DNA of 64,000 bases from Octopus sinensis (lineage: Eukaryota). The translations under genes and the position numbers were made by a program. The notes beneath the pieces are model-generated. The model searched no databases. It saw only the letters and a program-made list of their open reading frames with translations, and was not told the DNA's origin. The stretch spans positions 19,884 to 83,883 of the forward strand of contig NW_021833665.1 in the NCBI RefSeq assembly GCF_006345805.1. Reading direction: 5' to 3'. Below, one piece after another: positions 38,049 to 50,585 of this stretch; the first letter of the stretch is position 1, and every line of letters starts with the position of its first letter.

Positions 38049-38675
38049 AGCAGATTGTAACATAGATAAATATATAGGCAGAAATAGATGGAGTCAGAAG
38101 AAGAATAGACATACCAACTACCAATCACCTAGAAAGATAGAGTGCTTGATAGATAGATAGATGCTTACTAAAACAGGGGAATGCCTCAAATTTTAGAAGA
38201 AGTGGTTAATTGATTAAATTGATCTTATTACTTGACTTGCACTTTTTTTATCAACCATTAAAGGAAGAGAAACAAAGTTAGCCTCAGCAGGATTTGAAAC
38301 TAGAATATAAAGAACTGGTAGAAATATTGCAAGGTATTTTGCCAACACTCTAACAATTGTGCCTCTCCACCATCGTAAGTTTAATAGAATAAAATCTGTG
38401 AATGAATTTTGATGAATTTCTTGTGTAGTTTTAATGAAAGTTGGTCTCACATTGCTTGCATTTATATCTTTCCTGAGACATGTAAAACTTTCCATTTGCA
38501 TAATACTTGGCTGCTTGTCACTTCAAATAAAGAGTATTGAACTGATATTAAAGCCAAAATTTTCCTTTCGCTACTATTAGGATGTTTTTCATTTTTACTT
38601 TCAGGGTTAAAAAATGAATGATTACACTTATTGGTTTACATGCGAACTTTTGTTTATTTTATATCCTTCTATATG

Positions 38676-38925
38676 TTGGATATGCAAATTTCACGAAGCG
38701 GGGATAGACACAACTGTCTTCACACAACCCACTTCAGATTACTCCACTAAACACAATACTCTAATAAATAGAAACTCTGAACAATGTCAGCAACTTCCAT
38801 GAACTCCCAATGACTCTCTTTGTCTCAACCAATATGCTAATTTTTTTATAAGAGTTTTGCTAGTCCATTCTTCCAATCCCATAGGGGTGCCAATGACTCT
38901 CACCACAACAGTTTATACATGTAGA
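38676..38925 (+). repeat. Second copy of the 250-bp dispersed repeat
   Basis: Near-identical to 24395-24644. Confidence 0.9.
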
Positions 38926-39329
38926 TTTTACCAAGCAAGTAGCCCATGCGAAGCTTCACCTATATGTAAGTACATAATTTTTTTGTTAAATTAAGTTTTC
39001 TGTTAGTTAACCATAGCTGTTTGTAAATTGAACACCTGTTTCTCTGTGTATATTGAACAATTTCCATAAGACATATATGTTTGCAAATGTAAAATATGTT
39101 TGTTTCCCAATACCATAGTTTAGTGTCTAGTTCTACTGTGTGGCATTTTGGGCAAGAGTCTTCGACTATAGGTAGGGACCAACAAATGCATTTTTAGTGA
39201 AAGTGGTTGATGATGCTTATTGCATGTGTGTGTGTGTATACACCATATCAATTATCTGATGCATGTTATAGGTAACTGTTGACAAAAAGTGCAAAATACT
39301 CATTGAAAAATCAAAATAATTTAGAGTAA

Positions 39330-39810
39330 TGTCAAGAAGGGATGTGGAATGGATAGTGAAAGGTCTGGCTTGGAAGGTGTCCCACAGTATTGCTGCCTGG
39401 GCCTATGTGTCATCTTGCTACTGCAAGAGAGTACAGACCATTGAATGTTTGTGAAATATTGGCATCTAAGATTATGAACTCTTTGGATTTACTGATTACC
39501 TTGATGTCAGTGAGATTGCCATTGTCAAACAAGAGATTTGTTACCTTAGTAAGTGTCTACCCTCCAACCATGTGTTCCTCTGAAGAGAAAAAAAAGACTA
39601 ATATTTTATCTTTAATGAAAAAAGCTTCTGTGCAGTGTTCTTTCTGCTTATAAAATCTTCATACTTGTTGAATTCAATGAAAGCATTTGCAGAGATAAAA
39701 AAATTTGGGATATAATTGGGAAACATGAAGCCAGAAAATGCAATAGTAATGGCTTGTTTAGTACTGCAAATGTGTTCGATTTTTGCATATACTGGGTAAC
39801 TGTCAATCTC
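39330..39810 (+). mobile_element. Ancient RTE-type AP-endonuclease fragment
   Basis: LMSVRLPLSNKRFVTLVSVYPPTMCSSEEKK (ATG at 39504) and downstream IIGKH...KCNSNG resemble RTE endonuclease motifs (LRLPL...ISAYAPT; GKCNSNG). Confidence 0.7.
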
Positions 39811-40163
39811 CTAGTGTGGAGCATGCTGTATTTGAGCACCAAATATGTGGGAGTATTTATGTGATCAAGATGAAAGGCAATTAGGTCTCTCATTAATTTC
39901 TGTTTGGTGAGTTGGCCCTGAGGAAAAATCTAGGCAACAAATTGAAATTAAGGCATGAATGCATTAGAGACACTTAGAGGATCTAGATCAAATTAGAGAA
40001 AGTGAAAACATCACTAAGTTTTTGATGGAAAAAATTGTTTCATGTTGGAATGAGTGAATTTGAATGAATGTCAATAAAATCTTAGTGTGCATGAAATGCT
40101 TGAGAGAGATTTTTGAAAAGGTCTTAATATTAATGTTTCCATTGTGTTTTGCTTCAAAAACTA

Positions 40164-41362
40164 CATAGACATGACAGAATTAAATAGACATCCTTATAAT
40201 TGTTAAAATTTATTTAAATTATTTATTAATTATTATAATGTGAATATCTAATATTTAGTAGACAGGCTCCTTGCATTTTTGAATGCAAGGACCCTAGCAG
40301 GCATGCTACTGATCTGATGAATATTCTCTTCATGATTTTCTTGCCAAGTTTCTTGCAGTAATATCAAAAGATCTGGCTTTAAGGATGCTTTCTTTTTCTT
40401 TTTAGGAAGTATCCCATCCATCATGCCTCAGAGGTGTTCAGTAGGGTTCATATCTGGTGATTGGCTTAGCTATGGAAGCTTTTTAATGCCATTCTCTTCC
40501 AACCAATCCTGGGTCTTTTAGTTGTGCAAGAAAGCCCTATCTTCCATAAATAGTGTTATTTAATCATATTACCCCTGGAGGTTATAGGAAGAAGATTTTT
40601 CTATAATATGGACACATATTTATCTGAGTTTATGTATCCCTCACATTCCACCATTTCTGATTGACTATTGCTCCAAACTGCTCTCTAGACCATCACATGT
40701 TTCATTGTTGGCTGCAATATATTCACGTGAAAATATTGGTGACTGATTCTCCAGACCCACATTCGACCAGTGTCAGAAAATACAGCAAATCTGGATTCAT
40801 CAGAGAATTTGACAGTGTCCCAAAGTGCTAGTGACCTCTCTACCATTTCACTTGTCCAATCTTTTCTCCATTTGATATTGGCTGGTCGAAGCAGTGTCTT
40901 CTTTCTTGCTGCTCTGCCATAATAGCCAATTTTGCGGAGATAACTGACAGCTATTCTGGGACTGGCATCAACTTATTCTGCTATATTGGAGGCCTTGCAA
41001 TGAGGATTATCTTACACACTTCTCTTAAGAAAGCAAAGTGTTGTCAGAGGGCCTTAGTCTACCTGGGTAAGGTGATATGGACTACTTTCTCGTTTAGTGA
41101 ATTGAAAAATTACTCTATTTACTGTAGAAAGTAGAATCACAATGTTTTCTGTGGTTTTAGGCTAAGTCAGCCTTGAAATAGGCGCAGCATATGGCCTCTT
41201 TGTAAATTGGACATTTTTAAGGCTTCTTTTGTACATGGCATGATTAAACAGTTACATATAGAACCTGAAACATATAAATGTCAATTAATAAAAAATATAA
41301 ACCTCTTCAAGTTATAATAACAATGTGTTAATGGGTATCTATTTACTTTTGTCATGTTTGTG
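40164..41362 (-). mobile_element. Full-length fossil Tc1 transposon (~1.2 kb) with degraded DD34E transposase
   Basis: TA at 40162-63 and 41363-64. Imperfect TIRs CATAGACATGACAGAATTAAATAGAC / CACAAACATGACAAAAGTAAATAGAT. Minus translation from ATG 41241 includes GRAARKKTLL, FSDESRF, WVWR and SPDMNPTEHL, with stops. Confidence 0.9.
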
Positions 41363-42099
41363 TACAAATGTATCATTTATTACAACTGCACTTTGAAAGA
41401 AAAAGAAAACCTTTAGTAGAAATTAGCATTAGCTACGACAATGTTACCCAACTATTAAATCTTATATTTTTCAAACTCATGCTAGGATGGAAAAATGAAC
41501 GTAGGTATGAGACTTATTTTTACACATGTATTGATGCATATAAAACATGAAATTATGTTGTCTACATACTTAATATTTGCAATTAATTCATTGTAAGAAC
41601 TAGAAATTTGACAGGTTTTCTTGAGTTGTTGCTCATCTACAATAATCTGATAAATCTGAGGTTATTGTTGGTTGCATAAGATTGTCATTGAATTTTCTCT
41701 AGACAGAAGTATCTAATCATTTTATCCATACTAGCATGGGTTGTGTGTATCATGTTGATATCTGTTTCAGTTTAATTCCCTCTGCAATAGTTTCTTTTTT
41801 TTGTGTTTATGCAATATTGTACTTTCATAAAATACAGTCGTCTCTTGCCTTACACAGTATTGTTTCTTAGTTTCACTTTAGCACAATTTTGCTCATTTTC
41901 CTCTATTTGTTTCTTTTTGTTTTTGTTTTTACAAATATAGAAGTAGTACCTGCTTCAGTTTCTCATAATATTTTGTTAAATATTTTTGAATTTGAAATAT
42001 TAAAATTGATTTCACTGGAAATGAAAATTCAATGTATAAAATTAACTTTAAACTAGATGTTCAGCATAAAATGCAAAAGTTTTACAAAAAGAATTGTCA

Positions 42100-45000
42100 T
42101 CATCATCATCATCATCATTTAATGTCCATTATCTATGCTGGCATGTGTTGGACAGTTTCATCAGGGCTGGTAAGCTGAGGGTCTGCAGCAGACTCCAGTC
42201 TGATTTGTCATTGTTTCTATGGCTGGATGTTCTTCTTAACATCAAGCACTCCATAAGTGTTGTGGGCAGGGGTTGTGAAAAAAATTAATTGATGGGAAAT
42301 TAATTACAATATATTGTCTTCTAAGGCACGGCATGTCATGAAAGGTGTCGGTCATTAGTCATTGCCTTTATAAGTTTCAACAGTCAAAGATCATGCATTA
42401 CCACCTTGTCCAATGCCTTCTTATGTCTACTTCTTCTGCCATGTAGCATAGTTGTCTGCACAGGTATAATAAATATGGCTTTCACTCTGAAGGAGAGAAC
42501 CTTAGTTACCAAACAGAGGAAGGAGCTCTCTGAATTTGCTCAGCCTATTTTTATTCTTGCAGCCACACTCTTGGTTCATCCACCTCTGCTACTGACTTTG
42601 TTGCTCAACAATCTTTATCGTACTCCTCTGGTATTTGATGAAGCCCATTTTCTGTACACTTTTAGTGTTTACTGTACATGTGCACCTTCCACATGCAAAA
42701 AATATTTTCCCCCAGTTTACCTTCCTCTGATATTGCTACACCTATTATGTGTTATACAGAGTACATCTACCTACCTGTTTCCTTCATATTGAGGATGGCC
42801 ATGTACCTGAAGGGCTTTACGATTTATCTGTTTTCCTACTTACTAAGACTTTGGGTTATGGTTGGGTAGGTTAATTCTGTGACCTTTCAATTCTAGATCT
42901 TGCTTCCGTATGCAAAATTTGTTCTCTAGTTCTGGTAGTGATTTAGCTATAAGAAGAAGCTCATTAGTAAATAAGTGTGAAAACTCTTTGCTTTCACAAA
43001 CACTTTATGTACACTGATTGAAGCAATGAAAAAAAAGGTCTTCGGTATACCTGAAACGTGAAGGAAAATATTTGGATAATGAAACTAATAATGTATGGCT
43101 AATTGAATGTAATGTAATAAATGATAATATATGAGTGTTCAGTTGTCATCCTCTATGCCCTCCCCCAATTCCTTTGAGAGAAGCAAAGAAGACTAATAAT
43201 ATGTATTAAATGATTAACGAAAATAATAATTAGTGCAAGAGACCCTTAATCAATATTGACGGTGTGACGATCAAGGAGCAACGTGTCAGTTGTGCATCAG
43301 GCTTTTAGTCTTTGTGAGTCTGGCAGAGCGACTAACAGGACAATTGCTGGATGGGGGATAAACTGCATCAGGCAGGGGTCGCTCTTGGAGGGCAGGGGTT
43401 TCAAGGGTGTTGGGGTATGACCACTTGTGGTAAAGGTGGGGTAAGTTGGCGTGGCTCTGTGGGTAGGCGGTGAGATGCATTTCTGGTCATGGTAATTTTG
43501 GAGTCGGGAAGTGGGCATTGGTGTTGCAGCTGCATGAGGTGCTGTTAAAGTCGGTTGAGAAGGTAGTCTCATCACTGGTGTTGGCGTGAAGAACGCAGGT
43601 GGTTCAGATACCATGAGCAGTGGGGCGTGGGGAAGAAGCAGTAGATACTTCCAGAGGAATTTTGTTGCACAGTGTGACTTGGCCTGATCCATCCACTCTC
43701 AACATGTTCGGATCGAAATGATGTACATCTAAATGGCACCAGTTTTCCCCCCATTTGTAGGATTGGGTCAAACTTGGCTCTGGATTAGGACATAGTTCGA
43801 AAGAAGTGAGCATGTGTGTTTTGACAACCGTTCAGTAGCACTCATGTTGTGTTTACGCAGGTCTTCTTTTCAATAAGTCATAGTTTCATGCCATGTGGAA
43901 TGTAGCTTGTACTTGCCGGGATGGATGGGAATAAAGTATTGTATAGGGCTGCCAAAGATGCACATGGCTGGGGACAAGTGTGTCCCCCGGTCAGGTGTAT
44001 TTCTTTATTGTAGCATTGTGCACTGGAAACTGTCAGTGTTAAGGAAGCCATTGGTGTCAGTGTTGTCTGTAACGAGGCCCTTTATTGTCTCAATACCGAC
44101 TTTGGCACGGCAGTTGTCATGGGGAAATGCAATGGCGGTGATTCTCCCCAATTGTGGAAGAAGGTACAATGTCAGCTCATAGCTGATAGGGCAGTGTTAA
44201 GTGCCTGTGCGCCATTCAATGCTCCTTTAAGATGGTTTTCCAGACCTGTTAGGACATACCACCATTGTCTGTCACCAAGTGACAGATGTACCAATGGGAA
44301 TAGGCTTGATAACTCCAAGTGGAACATTCCGGTCGAGACCTGCTTTTACTTCCTCTTGCCAATGAACCAGGACTGGTATGGGTGTATGGTGGGCGACTGG
44401 TTTAGCATTAAGCGGATCGGTTGGTCAGACATCTTGGAGAATTGCCAATGGTTGCAGACGTTGAATGTGCTGGAGCTGTAGTATTGTAGCAGCTACTTCC
44501 TCAGGTGAAAACGTTTTTCCTCAGTGGCTGGGAATGGTAGTGTAGTTGGATGAGGGGGTTGTATTTGTTGTAGTTGGCAGGTGCATACATTCTGTGTCAT
44601 TGTTGCAGATGATCGATGAGGCTTGTCAGTACTCACTCCCATGGATTGTTTACAGTCGAACTCATGGCACAATCAGGTGCAGGACAGGGTACGTTGGTCA
44701 TACTGACTCGCTTTTTGTCATAAATAAGTCTGACAACTGTTTGCTTTCACCAATATTTTACGCAGTCTGAAGCAATGAGTAAAGGGTCTTCAGTATACCT
44801 GAAATGTGAAGGGAAAGATGATGGATTATAAAATGAATAATATATGGCGAATTGAATGTAATGTAATAAATTGTAATATATATGTGTTTAGTTGTAATCC
44901 TGTAATCAGCATAGAAGAGTTGCTAGGGTCTGCCTGTTTTATATTCATCTGTTATTACCTGAATGATTATGATACCAACAAAAGTCAAGTACATAGGTTT

Positions 45001-45150
45001 ATACTTGGTTAGGTACTTCTCCTGGGGTTTCTAACCAGAAATATATCATGACTGGTGTTTCTTCCTGATACAAAACCAAATTGCATCTCATCTAGATTAA
45101 GTCTTTTCCTAATTAGTTGGGCTATGATCCTCTCCGTGATTTTCATCATC
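42100..45150 (-). mobile_element. Old RTE LINE (42100-42967 and 44905-45150) split by a Gypsy insertion
   Basis: (CAT)n tail at ~42100, degraded RT on both sides of the insertion, and LDEMQFGFVSG-like sequence at ~45060-45100. Confidence 0.8.
42968..44904 (-). mobile_element. Internally deleted Ty3/Gypsy LTR retrotransposon; LTRs 42968-43155 and 44721-44904
   Basis: Two diverged ~185-bp direct repeats. PPT AAAGGAATTGGGGGAGGG next to the 3' LTR. gag start MTNVPCPAPDC. RT N-terminus PVHWQEEVKAGLD is joined to integrase C-terminus [12 protein letters not shown]...RNTPDRGTHLSPAMCIFG...KFLWKY. TSD ATTAG/ATCAG. Confidence 0.88.
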
Positions 45151-45649
45151 TGAAGAAATTAGTGCCAGTGCAAGCTCTTTATTTTTAAAGCACACATCAA
45201 GCATATGTTAACATATTAGCAATGAGAAAGCGCTCTAATCGATGTCTACCTATATACATACATATATACAGGGTAGCCATGTACTTTCTCTTCAGCGACA
45301 CACCTCTGCCTGTCTCTCTATCATACTACAGGTTAGGATGAAGCCACCTCTCTCACTACTAGCAGTCCACTCATCCTTGAAATTTACTTTTTATTTTACT
45401 AGTGTCAGTGTTACCAAAACTTTTCTCAGACATAGAAACCATGTGAAAACAGACATTAGATGTACGTGTAGTAATTCATCTCAGATAGTGTGAAATAGTC
45501 CAACCCATGACAACATGAAAAACGAATGTTAAATGATGATGACACACATACACGTTAATTGTATTTCTTATATTAATTTCAATAATTAATTTGTTTCTAT
45601 TTATAAATAAAAACAATTGATTTAGCATGAGAATGATTAGTTTGATGAC

Positions 45650-46600
45650 TTGTGGAAGTAATGTACTGTGTAAATGTAAGGACAACTGTATTTATTAAAC
45701 AAGTGTATTTCATGATTCGACACATAGATAAAACTTGACTTTCAAGTGTTGGTTGATATTTTGCTTGTTGTTTGCATATCATGCCTTGTATTATAGATCC
45801 CAAATGGCCAAAGGTAAGTGGTTTTTCTTATTTTGGTGTGGGTTTGCTGTTAGGATTGTTTTTCAGAGTTTAGTCTATATTAGGGTCAGCTTGAGGATTT
45901 GTGAAGGGTTTTTAGAGAGATAGTCAAGTAAGAGATCAAAGTTTGAACTAGGGTTTAGGATTTGGGGTGATGAGGAGGGTAGAGATTGAACAGGTTTATT
46001 TATAGTGTTGATGACTGTTTTATATCGGGTTTAGCATTGAAAAGCAGGGATGAGGGCTGGGTGCTTAGATAAGATGCGGATGTCAAGTTGACCCAAGTTA
46101 TCTCCATGGTGGTCTTTGGCATGTTGGTAGAGTATAGAAGAATGTTTTCTGTCGTCAAGTTGTCTTAGATGTTCATTTATCCGTTCCGCAATGCTCTTAG
46201 ACGTCTCCTCTATGTACATCATGTTCATGTCCTTACAAGCACCTTCTATGCATCTTATATTGTAAACTACACTTCGAGTTCTACAGTTAATACCAGGGCT
46301 AATTCTACATGTCATGCAGTTATCAATTGTGCATATGGTATTATTAACGGGCATGTCCTTCATAATTGTGACCTGATGGAGTTCCTTGGCTTTTCAACAA
46401 TTTTAATGTTGAGTTTGGTCTCTTTCAGAGCTTTTCTAAATCTAAGGGCTAGTTCTCCATGGGCTGTGGTCTCTACTAATATCACTCCTTGAATTTTTAC
46501 TGGTGAGTGTGTATTTAATAATAAGGCAGTAAAAGAGAAAGACTCTCCCCCAGACACAACAGAATATACACTGTTTTCGCTAATTACTCTTTCACTCACT
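45650..46600 (-). mobile_element. Penelope-like retroelement 3' part with GIY-YIG endonuclease (inactivated)
   Basis: ORF 46031-46363: C-x2-C...RSVVYNIRC...C...YIEETSKSIAERINEH...SILYQH...H (YIG changed to YIE). Upstream frame GELALRFRKAL...IKIVEK. Confidence 0.85.
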
Positions 46601-46774
46601 TTTGCTACTTTCAGTTATTTGACTGTGGCCATGTTGGAGCACCGCCTTCAGTCAAACAAATAGAGCCCAGGACCTATTCTCTTTTGCTGAACCGTTCAGT
46701 TAGGGGTGCGTGAAAACAGCAGCATCGTTTGTCAAGCGATGTTCGATGGATAAAGAGGCATACAAACGTATATG

Positions 46775-46823
<49 letters not shown>

Positions 46824-46987
46824 GATGGGCTTCTTTTAGTTTCCGTCTACGAAATCTATTCACAAGGCTTTGGTCACCCCGAGGCTATAGTTGAAGACAC
46901 TTGTCCAAAGTTCCATGCAGTGGGACTGAACCCAGAACACTGCGGTTCGTAAGCAAGGTACTTATCACAAAGCCGCTCCTACGCCTA

Positions 46988-47085
46988 TCTATTTATAAAA
47001 CTGAAATGCAAAAAGTTTGTTTGTCTCGAACGGTTTAAAGGCCACTACATCCCGTCGGATTGATTCCAAAATTTACGGTTCGTGA
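46988..47085 (+). mobile_element. Possible Helitron-type 5' end
   Basis: A|TCTATTTATAAAACTGAAATG...GTTTGTTTGTC starts with TC after an A, as non-autonomous Helitron 5' ends do. No matching hairpin-CTRR 3' end found. Confidence 0.35.
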
Positions 47086-47623
47086 GCAATCATTCTCACA
47101 GAAATGCGTGCACAACCAGACACAGAATGTCACGGTTCAAAGGTCAACATGTTTAAAACATAAATAGCTACGAGTTTGCGTATATGCATGTATCTATGTG
47201 CATGAGTGCGAACGTGTGTTTTCAGAATGTCACAGTTTTAAGGTCAACATATTTAAAACATAAATAGGTACGAGATTGCGTCTTTGCATGTATCTATATT
47301 CGTGAGTGCGGACGTGTGGGTGTTTGTGCGTGTGTGAGCACAGTCCACCTATACCCAATCTGGTTGCATTGTCTTATAGGAACGAGCCGTGAAAGTTCCG
47401 GACCCCATTAATGAACTCATTTGCATACAAACAATTAGGGCTCACTTTGAAATTGTCCGGTTAACAAACAGTAGTGTCTGAATGGGATTAGCTTGCTTAC
47501 CTAACAAATGTTCCCGAGTTCAATCCCACTGGGTGGCATGTTGAGCAAATGTCTTCTACTATAGTCTCGGGCCGACCAAAGCCTTGTGTGTGGATTTGGG
47601 AGACGGAAACTAAAAGAAGACTG

Positions 47624-47686
<63 letters not shown>

Positions 47687-47864
47687 TGTCGCAGTAAGAG
47701 TGGCTGTGGTATGTAGCTTGCTTTCCAAACACGGTGATTCTGGTTCAGTCCAACTACGTGGCCCCATGGGCAAGTGTCTTCCAATATAGCCTCGGACAGA
47801 CCAACATTTCTGAGTAGATTTGGTACACGGAAACAGAAAGTAGCCCGTCGTATATAGATAGGTG

Positions 47865-47906
<42 letters not shown>

Positions 47907-47938
47907 TATATATATGTATATATAAATATATATATAGG

Positions 47939-47987
<49 letters not shown>

Positions 47988-48822
47988 ATATACATATATA
48001 TATAGAGAGAGAGAGAGAGACATAGGTATATATTGACAGATATATGTATATACATATAGATATTTAAACATAAGGGATGGCCATAATGGGACATCCGACT
48101 CGCTAGAGATAGCAGTTAAACTCCAAAAAAGCGTAAAAGTGCATGTCATGTCTGAATAATATATTGGAGAGTTACTTCCTCTTGCTCATTATAATTTAAT
48201 AAAGGTAATATAATTATATGTAAGGAAAGTAACTCTGAAAGATGTTATCTAGTTGTCTCCCTTCCGAGAGTTAATTTCTTTGCATGTTATTTTATTATCG
48301 TTAAATTATAATATTCAAGGGAAGTAACTGCAGAAGATACTGTGTAGTTATCGTAATATACACTTTGTCGCTCTTAGACTCTTTCAGTTATTTCACTGTG
48401 ACCATGGTGGAGCCCCGCCTTTAGTCAAGCAAATCAACCCCAGGAATTATTCTTTGGATGCCTATTACTTAATGTATAGGTCTCTTTTGCAGAACCGATA
48501 AGTTACGGGGACGTAATGTTCGATATACTGATTTAGTAGGTATTTATTTATTGTAAGAATTTCAATTATCATAAATTATGGGCTAGGAAAGATATTAGAA
48601 ACTTTTTTGATATACCTATTGGGGCTCTTTGTGTGTGTGGGACTGTTTTTATTTATGTGAATGTGGATATTTTCAACTCAGTGTTTGTGTGTGTGTGTGT
48701 GAGAGTGTTTTTATTTCTGTGTCTTCGAATATAGCCTCGGACAGACCAACATTTCTGAGTAGATTTGGTACACGGAAACAGAAAGTAGCCCGTGGTATAT
48801 AGATAGGTGTGTGTATATATAT

Positions 48823-48860
<38 letters not shown>

Positions 48861-49074
48861 CTAAGTAATTAAGGGTTTAGCAACGATTTGCCTCACCACA
48901 CACCGAGTTTAGAAATAGCAGTCAAAGAGTTATAGCTATTCTTTCTACTAAAAGGGAGATCTCAGTAAAACCACAGCACTTAAAGGCTCGAATGGGGCTT
49001 TTACATGCCAAAATCTACTTGGTGAAGTTAATGATTATTCCAAATTAATTAATTTCACCCTATATTATTACTGA

Positions 49075-49146
<72 letters not shown>

Positions 49147-50554
49147 GACATAGGTATATATTGACAGATATATGTATATACATATGTCGCTCTTATACTC
49201 TTTCAGTTATTTCAATGTGGCGATAGTGGATCACCGCCTTTAGTCAAGCAAATCAACCCCAGGAATTATTCTTTGTATGCCTATTACTTAACGTATAGGT
49301 CTCTTTTGCAGAACCGATAAGTTACGGGGACGTAATGTTCGATGTACTGATTAAGGAGGTATTTATTTATTGTAAGAACTTCAATTATCATAAATTATGG
49401 GCTAGGAAAAATACTAGAAACTTTTTTGAAATACCTATTGGGGCTCCTTATGTGTGTGGGACTGTTTTTATTTATGTAGCAACTCTGGAAGATGTTATCT
49501 AGTTATCTCCCTTCCGAGAGTTAATTTCGTTAAATATTATTTTATTATTGTTGAATTATAAAATTCAAGGGAAGTAGCTGTAGAAGATACTTTGTAGTTA
49601 TCGTAATATACACTTTGTCGCTGTTAGACTCTCAGTTATTTCACTGTGACCGTGGTGGAGCACCGCCTTTAGTCAAGCAATTCAACCACATGAATTATTC
49701 TTTGTATGCCTATTTCTTACAGTATAGGTCTCTTTTGCAGAACCGATAAGTTACGGGGATGTAATGTTCGATGTACTGATTTAGTAGGTATTTATTTACT
49801 GTAAGAACTTCAATTATCATAAATTATGGGCTATGAAAGATAGTAGAAACTTTTTTGATAGACCTATTGGGGCTCCTTGTGTGTGTGGGACTGTTTTTAT
49901 TTATGTGAGTATGGGTATTTTCATTTCAGTCTTTGTGTTTGTGTGAATGTTTTTATTTCTGTGTGTACGTGTGTGTGAGCGACTGTGTTTTTATTCGTTT
50001 GTGTGTGTGCGACAATTACAGCTACAACAAACACTTTAAGCATCTCTAAGATACCCACATTTGCAGATCACTAACTGCTAAATGAAAAGAAGTTCAATTT
50101 ATTGCGACTTCAGATTTGCGATTGTTAAGCACCCAATGCTCCCTGTATCTACACACTTGGATCGGCCATAATTGGCCTCATTCGGAGATCTCTCGGGTGT
50201 GGAATATTTATGACTATAGAAGTGAACCTGTTACAGGTTTTGTTTATGGCTTAACTTTTGTAGATTTTGGGAAGTCCATAGATGTTACTGGCTTTGCAGT
50301 CAAATCTAGTCAAGCAATTTGTCTCCTTTTTTGTTAAATCGTTTTGGAAATGGTGGATACGAGTAGACAGTTTGGTTATTCTTAGCGGTTCGGCAAAAGA
50401 GAATAAGTTAGAATAAATACTAGGTTTACAAAGAATAAGTGCTGCGGACGATGTGCTCGACTAAAGGCGGCGCTCCAGTTGTTTCCCTTTCATAGAGAAA
50501 CCTTGCATCTGTATGTCCGATGGTCGTGTGCCATTCGAGTGCGAACACAGACAG

Positions 50555-50585
<31 letters not shown>

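Noticed and set aside
43297-43692. 131-aa Pro/Thr-rich ORF as a host gene
   Set aside because: It is the low-complexity C-terminal tail of the Gypsy integrase (KFLWKY motif).
45700-45800. Possible hammerhead in the Penelope 3' region
   Set aside because: Only a hairpin (ACTTGA/TCAAGT) and a badly degenerate core; no convincing topology.
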